A stretch of DNA of 64,000 nucleotides from Candidatus Borrarchaeum weybense (GTDB lineage Archaea > Asgardarchaeota > Sifarchaeia > Borrarchaeales > Borrarchaeaceae): NCBI GenBank assembly GCA_019057385.1, contig JAHQJS010000006.1, positions 869,038 to 933,037 of the forward strand, given 5' to 3'. The notes under the pieces were generated by a model. The model searched no databases. It saw nothing but the letters and a program-made list of their open reading frames with translations, and had not been told where the DNA came from. This document shows positions 1 through 6,833 of the stretch, piece by piece; positions within the stretch are counted from its first letter, which is position 1; each line of letters begins with the position of its first letter. The position numbers were made by a program, and so were the translations under genes.

Positions 1-78
1 GTCACAGAACATATTCATGCTATAAAGATCCCTTTTCAAATAAGGACTAAATTGGGTACAGTCGATCGATTCGTTTAC

Positions 79-1788
79 GATAACTAAGCAAGAAAGCACC
101 ACAGCTTCATCGTGGTGATGAATTGCGGTAGATGTGTATGTTCACTTTCATCAGGGGGTCTGTTAACATTTAATACTGGTGTGCCTTACATATTGTGATG
201 ACTATCTAGTGGCAGGCAGCAAGGCAGGCAGGGAGAGCTACATACACAACTAAGACTTGTGGTAGAGTCACAACTCAGACTATGTTATCTGCTGCATTCG
301 GAGGGATACTACGCACACTTGAAACAAAGGTACATACTCCATTAGAGTGCAGTCGATAACATTGAGAGCGTTTGCATCATCTACGGCAGGCTGGAAATTG
401 ACGCCTGTAAAGTTGAGCCATCCGTACACTAGAAGCCTGAGACCCTCATCACCTCACAATCTTCAATCGACGACGAGGAGGAGGAGCACATCATATGATC
501 GGTTCCAAAAATGAAGCCATCAAGGCCAGTTTGAAAGCCACCAAAGCGCGACGCATGCACCAGAGCTGCCGGGTGTTCATGGTCAAACTAGACAAGTCGC
601 ATCTTAATACGGAAACGCTACATCATCTAAGGATGCTGTTTCTGGAGGCTAAATGGCTGTACAACCATATCCTGGGCCAGCCTAATGTGTTTGAGATGGA
701 CTATAAACTCTCAGCAGTACCTGTCAAAGTGAAAGACACGTTTGAACTCCGTCACCTGAGCCAGTTATCCTCACATATGAAACAAAGTTTGATTACGCGG
801 ACCAGGGATAATATTCGAGGGTTGGCACGCTTAAAAGAACACGGGCGAAACATTGGCAGCCTCAAATTCAAGAGTCGTGTCGATTCAATCCCCTTGAAAC
901 AATACGGCAATACCTATCGCCTACTGAATGCTAAGTATCTCAGAATACAAGGCATCACACAACAACTACGGGTCAATGGCTTAGCACAAATTCCTCGTGG
1001 AAGTGAGCTGGCGAATGCCACCCTAATTCAGAGACATGGTGACTATTATGTGGCCATTACTACCTATCAGGTGAAGGAACAAAAAACACCGCCACCCGAC
1101 AAAACGGTGGGCATTGATTTCGGTCTGAAAACGCAATTGACGCTTTCAGACGGGATCGCTATCCGATACTCGATCCTCCTAAGCCTCAGCAAACGCCTCA
1201 GAAAACTACATCAGCAGTTAAGCAGACAACAGTATCGCAGCAACAACTGGTATCACACTAGACGCCAACTGGAAAAAGCCTATGCCACTCTCAATAATAT
1301 CAAGACAGATATCAAGAACAAACTAGTCCACTATCTACAGGCGACGTATGGAATCGTCTGCTATCAGGATGAGAACCTCAAAGCTTGGCAACGATTATGG
1401 GGCAGTAAAATCTTATCAACGGCACTCGGAGGGATCATACGCACACTTGAAACAAAGGTGCAGACTCCGATTAAAGTCGATAGGTTTTTCCCTTCCACCA
1501 AAACCTGTTCGCGCTGCGGGAACATCCGGGAAATAGGATTGGATGAACGAGTCTATATCTGTCCAGTCTGTAGGTTAGTGATTGACAGAGACTTCAATTC
1601 AAGTGTTAATCTAGAACACGAAGGGTTAACACAACAAGTGGTACCTACGGGACGTAGGGATGTTAAGCCTGTGGAGACTGAATCCTCTACTATGGCATCG
1701 CTGGAATACTTAAATGGTATTCCCTATGTGATAGCAAGTTCGGTCGTCGAAGCAGGAAGCCTCACAGCTTTAGCGTGAGGTAGTTCAC
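79..1788 (+). mobile_element. IS200/IS605-family (IS1341-like, tnpB-only) element
   Basis: Target tetramer TTAC at 75-78, no target duplication. Left end AAAG + hairpin CACCAC/GTGGTG. Right end GAAG + hairpin CCTCAC/GTGAGG, then TAGT-TCAC (ends 1788). Encodes TnpB. Confidence 0.93.
495..1778 (+). CDS. tnpB: RNA-guided endonuclease TnpB
   Basis: RuvC-I VGIDFG, Zn finger PSTKTCSRCG...CPVC, RuvC-III DRDFNSSVNL; the stop codon lies in the right-end hairpin. Confidence 0.95.
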   Translation: MIGSKNEAIKASLKATKARRMHQSCRVFMVKLDKSHLNTETLHHLRMLFLEAKWLYNHILGQPNVFEMDYKLSAVPVKVKDTFELRHLSQLSSHMKQSLITRTRDNIRGLARLKEHGRNIGSLKFKSRVDSIPLKQYGNTYRLLNAKYLRIQGITQQLRVNGLAQIPRGSELANATLIQRHGDYYVAITTYQVKEQKTPPPDKTVGIDFGLKTQLTLSDGIAIRYSILLSLSKRLRKLHQQLSRQQYRSNNWYHTRRQLEKAYATLNNIKTDIKNKLVHYLQATYGIVCYQDENLKAWQRLWGSKILSTALGGIIRTLETKVQTPIKVDRFFPSTKTCSRCGNIREIGLDERVYICPVCRLVIDRDFNSSVNLEHEGLTQQVVPTGRRDVKPVETESSTMASLEYLNGIPYVIASSVVEAGSLTALA

Positions 1789-1804
1789 GTATATCTTATT
1801 TATG
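1625..1804 (+). ncRNA. TnpB omegaRNA (reRNA) scaffold plus about 16-nt guide from the right flank; 5' boundary approximate
   Basis: GTACCTACGGGACGTAGGG..AAGCCTGTGGAGA..GTCG.AAGCAGGAAGCCTCAC..GTGAGGTAGTTCAC is conserved with 3388-3513. TnpB omegaRNAs are known to overlap the tnpB 3' end and right end. Confidence 0.75.
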
Positions 1805-2621
1805 ACAAAGAGATCTATCTCATCGATAGTGGGGTTGCCTCTTCAGAGTTGGTGATTTTTGATTATATAAAGAAGACTGGTCGTGCCCCTGAAGAAATCT
1901 CTCAGGTTATTTTAACTCATTCTCATCCAGATCATATTGGAGCAGTACAAGCCATAAAAAAAGCATCAGGCTGTACAGTTGCAGCGCATTTAGGTGAAAA
2001 ATCATGGATCGAAGATATTGAACAACAACATAGGGATCGTCCGATCCCAAATTTCCATTCCATTGTGGGGGGATCTGTTAATATTGATAAAATTCTTGAA
2101 GATGGAGATGTTCTAGAATTAGGGGATATCAGATTAGAGGTGTTCCACACACCAGGCCATTCAAAAGGATCAATCTCGCTCTTGCTTCACGAAGATAAGG
2201 CACTTCTCGCTGGAGATGTAATTCCTCTCGCTGGAAGTATCCCTATCTATGAGGATGTCTTGGCATCTGTTAGATCTATCAAGAAATTGAGGAGTATTGA
2301 GGGTCTTGATGTCCTGCTTACCTCCTGGGATAACCCTAGGAAGGGCAATGAAGTTTATCGAATGATGGATGAAGGATTAAGCTATCTTCAACGCATTCAT
2401 GAGATTGTCATCAAGATTTCAGGTGAGACTACTACACTCACGTCAGAGGAATGGAGCAAACAAATTCTAACAGAATTGGGCCTACCCCCGATAGTTGCTA
2501 ATCCTCTCATCATTAAATCACTCAAAGCACATTTAAAGGCGCGTGATCATCAGAATTTACTGCAGAACTAATATCAGACTCTACCCGTGTTGTAAATTTC
2601 CCAAATTGAGAGCTGTTTATT

Positions 2622-2921
2622 ATGTCAGTGTATCTAATAATCGAAATCAAAGTCAAGGACAATGAATTGTATTCCAAATATGTAGAAAAAGTACCCGAAG
2701 TCATTGAAAGTTACGGTGGTCGATATTTGATCAGAGGTGGAGAAGTAACTTCATTCTCAGGCAATTGGTATCCCGAAAGGATTATTTTAATAGAATTTGA
2801 AACAATTGAGCAGTTACAGAACTGCTTTCAATCAGATGAATATCTTAAACTTTCATCGCTTCGGAAGCAGTCGACTATTTCGAAAGCAATTATAGTTGAG
2901 GGTTACGTATCGCCTGAATAG
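2622..2921 (+). CDS. DUF1330 family protein
   Basis: YGGRYLIRGG...RIILIEF...SDEY pattern, 99 aa. Confidence 0.85.
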   Translation: MSVYLIIEIKVKDNELYSKYVEKVPEVIESYGGRYLIRGGEVTSFSGNWYPERIILIEFETIEQLQNCFQSDEYLKLSSLRKQSTISKAIIVEGYVSPE

Positions 2922-2993
2922 TCAGCAAACTCTCAATTTTTTACGGTTCACTGCTAAACTGTGTATAGCGAGATGTTAATAAGAGATATATGG

Positions 2994-3006
2994 CGAAAAG
3001 TTTATA
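2994..3006 (+). promoter_or_regulatory. Archaeal BRE-TATA promoter, probably driving pre-tRNA-Tyr
   Basis: CGAAAAG-TTTATA about 85 nt upstream of the tRNA 5' end. Confidence 0.55.
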
Positions 3007-3113
3007 CGTACTAGAGTTGTTGTATAAAATCTACCTGCAAGCAATTACAGTTGCATCCGCAGGTTGCTAGAACGCCCCTTAAAGTTGGTACCCCTGGTAG
3101 CTCAATCTGGTAG

Positions 3114-3143
3114 TATCCCTAGGTAATCCTAGGTGACCCCAAG
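3114..3143 (+). other. 30-nt non-canonical D-arm tRNA intron (position 22/23; may slide to 21/22 or 20/21)
   Basis: Removal restores GGTAGAGC; internal hairpin CCTAGG-TAAT-CCTAGG; relaxed BHB (TGGT/CCCA, 3 of 4 pairs). Confidence 0.8.
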
Positions 3144-3158
3144 AGCGGCGGGCTGTAG

Positions 3159-3521
3159 TTAGCATTCATGAAAATAAAGATGTATGAATGTCAGCCCTTA
3201 CGAGTAGCTAAGCAAGAAAGCATCAGTGCTTCAGCGTAGATGAATTGCGTGAGTATGGATTCACTTTCATCACTTATAGAGGAGTCCCCCTAATAGTTAT
3301 AAGGTGGTATGACAAAGAGAGTGACGGCAATTGGAGGGATAATACGCACACTTGTCTACAAGGTGCATACTCCGATGCCATCAAGATGGTTAACAGTACC
3401 TACGGGGCGTAGGGAATTTAAGCCTGTGGAGATACGACCTCCGTAACCCGTCAAGGGGATCGAGTCCGTCGTTGAAGCAGGAAGCCTCATTGCTTTAGCA
3501 CGAGGTAGCTCACTCGCAGAT
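3159..3521 (+). other. 363-nt canonical 37/38 tRNA intron (51-nt native intron plus 312-bp insertion)
   Basis: Central helix CTGT(3153-3156)/GCAG(3516-3519) with 3-nt bulges AG|T and AT|A; native hairpin GCATTCATG/TATGAATGT. Confidence 0.9.
3202..3513 (+). mobile_element. Non-autonomous tnpB-derived element (MITE-like) retaining the omegaRNA region, inside the tRNA-Tyr intron
   Basis: Preceded by TTAC (3198-3201). Left end CTAAGCAAGAAAGCA..GATGAATTGCG..TTCACTTTCATCA matches 84-152. Right end GAAGCAGGAAGCCTCA..GCTTTAGC..GAGGTAGCTCAC matches 1749-1788. No ORF. Confidence 0.92.
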
Positions 3522-3576
3522 ACCCGTTGGTTGCTGGTTCAAATCCGGCCCAGGGGACCATCTACTTATTTTAAAT

Positions 3577-3598
3577 CAGGTTCTCTTAAGAGAACCTG
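3577..3598. terminator. Perfect 22-bp palindrome downstream of tRNA-Tyr (possible terminator or processing hairpin)
   Basis: CAGGTTCTCTTAAGAGAACCTG is its own reverse complement. Confidence 0.5.
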
Positions 3599-3718
3599 CA
3601 TCTTAGTTTTAATCAGCCCTTTGCAAGCATCCTTTTTCAAGAGATTATAGAAAAAAACAATTTTTTTATACTCAGCTGTCTGTTATGAATATGAGTGACA
3701 AAAAGAGGTAATCTAAAA

Positions 3719-3960
3719 GTCAACTACCCCATCCTTACGGGTAGGGGCTTGTTCACACAAGTCTCTTAGTTGATTAGAGGGCATCTCATCTTGAGATGCA
3801 GCAGTTGTTTAGGTCATGACACCCTGGGGTGCTCCACTAGCCCCCTGCTCTGTCGTCGGTGGTTAAAAGTTCTGAGGGGTAGGAACGGTGCTGCCGACCT
3901 AATAAGCCTTTACAACAGTCTCGAAGTGGACCAACTCCCTAGTGTTGGGAGCGACGGGAC
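3719..3960 (+). ncRNA. Standalone IscB omegaRNA (HEARO-like) scaffold
   Basis: Blocks collinear with the iscB leader: TAGTTGATTAG, ACACC..GG.TGCT...CTAG.CCC.TGCTCTGT, GGTGGTT.AAA, CAGTG/CGGTG, CGAAG.G.ACC.AC. Confidence 0.85.
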
Positions 3961-4079
3961 TTGAGAGTACCCGTCATTAAAACACCGCCTCCTGTCCTCA
4001 TAGAAGGGGTGGTTAAATGAACCTTCCCTTCTCTCCTCTCCGTCTTAATAAAGTGACGGAGTCTACTTGAGGTGTAAAA
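3719..4079 (+). mobile_element. Non-autonomous IscB-type IS200/IS605 element (iscB deleted)
   Basis: Starts GTCAACTACCCC..GGGGCTTG like the iscB element at 35756(-). Keeps GGACTTGAGAGTACC (the first iscB codons, MRVP). Terminal hairpin CTCCGTC/GACGGAG-TCT, followed by ATGA. Confidence 0.85.
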
Positions 4080-4622
4080 ATGAGTTACTGCCCTTATTGT
4101 GGCGAAAGTATTAAGCCATCCGATTTACGTGACAATCAATGTCCTAACTGTGGTGCTTATTTGGATACTGAACCGCTCGCGACACCCCCAACACCCCCAA
4201 CACCTCCACTACCTCCACCATCACAGCCTACTACAACTTATGCCCCTCCCCCACCGCCAGCTGTCATCCCAAAAGCAGGTAGACCAATAGGAGTTAGTTT
4301 TATTGCTATTATAACTATCCTCGAAGGCATTGTATTTCTGGGTACTGGTGGAATTATTGCATTGGCGGGAGGAGTAGTAGATGAACTCTGGATTGCTGCA
4401 CTCGGTGTTTTTATCTTGATCTTTGGTCTAATCTTCATAGCGCTTGGGTCTGGTCTTTGGAATTTGCGGTCTTGGGCATGGTGGCTAACTATCATCTTTG
4501 AAATCCTTGGAATCATTGGCACTTTGATTTTAACATTAGCTATTGGAGCTGCCTTTATTCTGACTGTTATCTCAGCGATTGTCTTGGTATATCTGTTGAC
4601 AGTGAAGAAATACTTCCATTAA
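4080..4622 (+). CDS. Zinc-ribbon, Pro-rich linker, 4-TM membrane protein
   Basis: CPYCG...CPNCG, poly-Pro tract, GRPIGV followed by four hydrophobic helices. Confidence 0.8.
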   Translation: MSYCPYCGESIKPSDLRDNQCPNCGAYLDTEPLATPPTPPTPPLPPPSQPTTTYAPPPPPAVIPKAGRPIGVSFIAIITILEGIVFLGTGGIIALAGGVVDELWIAALGVFILIFGLIFIALGSGLWNLRSWAWWLTIIFEILGIIGTLILTLAIGAAFILTVISAIVLVYLLTVKKYFH

Positions 4623-4689
4623 TCTTATTTTTTAAAAACGGTATCCTTTTTCTCAATTTTTTTTCAAGAATTCTGAAAGGAAATATTTT

Positions 4690-4932
4690 TCAGCCAAAAG
4701 TTTCGCGAAGAATCTTCATTGCTTTATCGATAGTTTTATCCTCTAATTCCTTAGCTTTAGCATAATGTTCTTCGCAGAACCATTCTGCATATGGTGGATG
4801 CCCAACCATTCCCTTTTTTTCCATCTTGGTGTCCCATTCAATGTCTGAAGGTCGTTTCTTAAAATAAACGAGCCCACCTTTTTCGAGATCTAGAAAATCT
4901 TTGTCACAGATAGCACAAATTGGAGGTCTCAT
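4690..4932 (-). CDS. Small putative Zn-binding protein (likely start MRPPICAIC at 4932)
   Basis: CxxC and WFCEEH motifs; AGGTG RBS upstream. Confidence 0.7.
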   Translation of the reverse strand: MRPPICAICDKDFLDLEKGGLVYFKKRPSDIEWDTKMEKKGMVGHPPYAEWFCEEHYAKAKELEDKTIDKAMKILRETFG

Positions 4933-5022
4933 ATCAACACCTTTTGAATCAAAATAATAAAAATATACCATGAAAATAGCATCGATCGATTGTTAAAAGA
5001 TATTCTCACGTTTGATTCAACG

Positions 5023-5931
5023 CTATGGTTTTAAAATTTTTCTCCTTATCTTTTCTCTGATTTTTAGACGTTTTTCAGCCACTAGGAGTCCAATAGCAAT
5101 TGCTACAGTCACAGCTATAGTAATTCCAATCGTTAGATATGGTGCCATTTCCCACAAATCCAACAATGTGAATGGAATCGGTCTCATAATATAGACTGGA
5201 AACGCTCTTGTTTGACTGAGACTTTGGTCATCCTGAGTCCAAGTTATCTGAAGTTCTAGTTCTCTTTCGCCGGTAGCTACGCTTGGACTTATGTCGATTT
5301 CAAAGAATGCAGACACCGTTTCATTTGCTTTCACGTTTCCTAGGTAATCCACAATTTTTCCAGAAATATCGTTTCCTCCCCTTAATTGGACTGTTACATC
5401 TTCAGCTTCTACGCTTGCATTGTTTAGAATCCACACTTGCAATTCTATGTCATTCTCGCCAGCTGTTACGGTGTATGGTTCAACTTTCACAAATTCCCAT
5501 TGAACTTTGTCTGAAATTCTGAATGGAATTGATACTGATTCTTCCTCATCGTCACCAAATTCGATTTTGCATTTGATGTTATAACTTCCAGCTTCCGCGT
5601 AATCAACAATATCCACGTAAAAAGTTAATTGAACGCTTTGCTCTGCCGAAATCTCATTGAAATATTGCTCTGTTGCGCCTTCATAACTTGGCAATAGGAA
5701 TTTCGGTAATTTCAATGAGATATCCACATCTCTAGCCCTTCTGGTGCCATTATTTTGAATTTCTGCGTTGATCTGAACGTCTCTATTCCCTGGGAAGACT
5801 TTTATTGGACTGTATGACGATTTTAGTAGAACAAAATCTGGATCATCAACTTGACTAGAAGGGGAACAGTAACAAGATAAAACAATAAGTGCTGTTAAGA
5901 GCGCTATCGAAAGATATTTCTGCTTATTCAT
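5023..5931 (-). CDS. COG1361/CARDB-like Ig-fold membrane-anchored protein
   Basis: Signal peptide, two beta-sandwich repeats, C-terminal TM with basic tail; paralog of 5954-6823. Confidence 0.75.
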   Translation of the reverse strand: MNKQKYLSIALLTALIVLSCYCSPSSQVDDPDFVLLKSSYSPIKVFPGNRDVQINAEIQNNGTRRARDVDISLKLPKFLLPSYEGATEQYFNEISAEQSVQLTFYVDIVDYAEAGSYNIKCKIEFGDDEEESVSIPFRISDKVQWEFVKVEPYTVTAGENDIELQVWILNNASVEAEDVTVQLRGGNDISGKIVDYLGNVKANETVSAFFEIDISPSVATGERELELQITWTQDDQSLSQTRAFPVYIMRPIPFTLLDLWEMAPYLTIGITIAVTVAIAIGLLVAEKRLKIREKIRRKILKP

Positions 5932-5953
5932 TTGTCATTTCCTCCTTCCTAAC

Positions 5954-6823
5954 TTATAATTCATCGCCCAATTCCTTTTTCTCAAAATAACGCTTTCTTA
6001 GTGTATATATAAAGAAAATAGCAACAAAAATAACCCCAATAACGATTAACCATACACTATAGGAAGGTCCTTCAATAATAATATCGAGATATAAGATATC
6101 GGAAACGATTTTACCCGACTGAACCCATGTCAAGCGTATATTGATTGTTCGTGGTCCTTTTGCGACATTGTTGCTGATGTCAAGTTCAAAAGTCGCGTAT
6201 TTTGTTTCATTTGCGTAAATTGTGCCAAGAAAGTCTTGTGTTTGGCCGGTTATACCGTTGCCAATGAACTCTACCATTACATCATTCGCTTCAATAGTGG
6301 AATTATTTAAAATAAAGAGTTTAACTTGTACACCTTCAGCGCCTGCCTGTAACTTGTTTGGAGTTGCGTCTATTATTACAAACGCGACTTTTTCGCCTAC
6401 ATAAAAAGGCACTTCAAGAGTATCTTCGCCAGTTCCCCAATCTAATTCTAATTCAAGGTCGTACTTCTTTGCTTCAGTAGTGTCTAATATATCTATATAA
6501 AACAGAAGCGAGACTGTTTGCTTACTTTCAACGTCGCCAAGATATTGTTCAATCGATCCAGCATATGAACTTCTCATGCCTGAAGGCAAGTTAAGACGTG
6601 CTTCAACATCTGTCGCAGTTTTTGAAGATGTATTTTTAATTTTAATTGAGATGGCGATCTCATTATCGCCTGGGAAAACTTTTGATGGCGTATAGGAAGA
6701 TTCCTGCAAAATAAACCTTTCACTAGCAGCTTCAGTTGGAATTGGGAGGTATCCTGACAACAAAATAGATACAAAAAATATTAGAAAAATGTATCTAATT
6801 GATTTTTTTCCATTTTTTATCAT
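5954..6823 (-). CDS. COG1361/CARDB-like Ig-fold membrane-anchored protein
   Basis: Same architecture (SSY.P.KVFPG, EQY, LLFYIDI). Confidence 0.75.
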   Translation of the reverse strand: MIKNGKKSIRYIFLIFFVSILLSGYLPIPTEAASERFILQESSYTPSKVFPGDNEIAISIKIKNTSSKTATDVEARLNLPSGMRSSYAGSIEQYLGDVESKQTVSLLFYIDILDTTEAKKYDLELELDWGTGEDTLEVPFYVGEKVAFVIIDATPNKLQAGAEGVQVKLFILNNSTIEANDVMVEFIGNGITGQTQDFLGTIYANETKYATFELDISNNVAKGPRTINIRLTWVQSGKIVSDILYLDIIIEGPSYSVWLIVIGVIFVAIFFIYTLRKRYFEKKELGDEL

Positions 6824-6833
6824 TGATTCTCAC

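Larger units (their letters stand above)
1..2571 (+). pseudogene. MBL-fold metallo-hydrolase interrupted by an IS605-family element (5' part 1-78, start outside window; 3' part 1789-2571)
   Basis: Frame 1 of 1-78 reads VTEHIHAIKIPFQIRTKLGTVDRFVY. 1789 onward reads VYLIYDKEIYLIDSGVASSELVIFDY, in frame with ORF 1849-2571 (THSHPDHIG, HTPGHS, LLAGD motifs). Removing 79-1788 gives a continuous ORF. Confidence 0.9.
3091..3560 (+). tRNA. tRNA-Tyr(GTA) with two introns; exons about 3091-3113, 3144-3158 and 3522-3560; CCA encoded
   Basis: Acceptor stem CCCCTGG/CCAGGGG, A73 and CCA; D stem GCTC/GAGC; anticodon stem GCGGG/CCCGT with loop CT-GTA-G|A; T arm GCTGG-TTCAAAT-CCGGC; C1-G72 is the archaeal Tyr identity element. 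Confidence 0.95.

Noticed and set aside
79-494. Group I intron (IStron) or BHB splicing of the full tnpB element out of the MBL mRNA
   Set aside because: The element ends in TCAC, not an omega-G. I could not recognise a group I core, and none of the sliding junction registers I tested gave a 4-bp BHB helix.
150-494. tnpA remnant in the element leader
   Set aside because: No HUH/Y1 or serine-recombinase motif was recognisable by eye.
3770-3964. 64-aa ORF
   Set aside because: It lies within the HEARO-like RNA scaffold and has no protein features.
4178-4260. ACACCCCCA-type short repeats
   Set aside because: They simply encode the Pro/Thr-rich linker.
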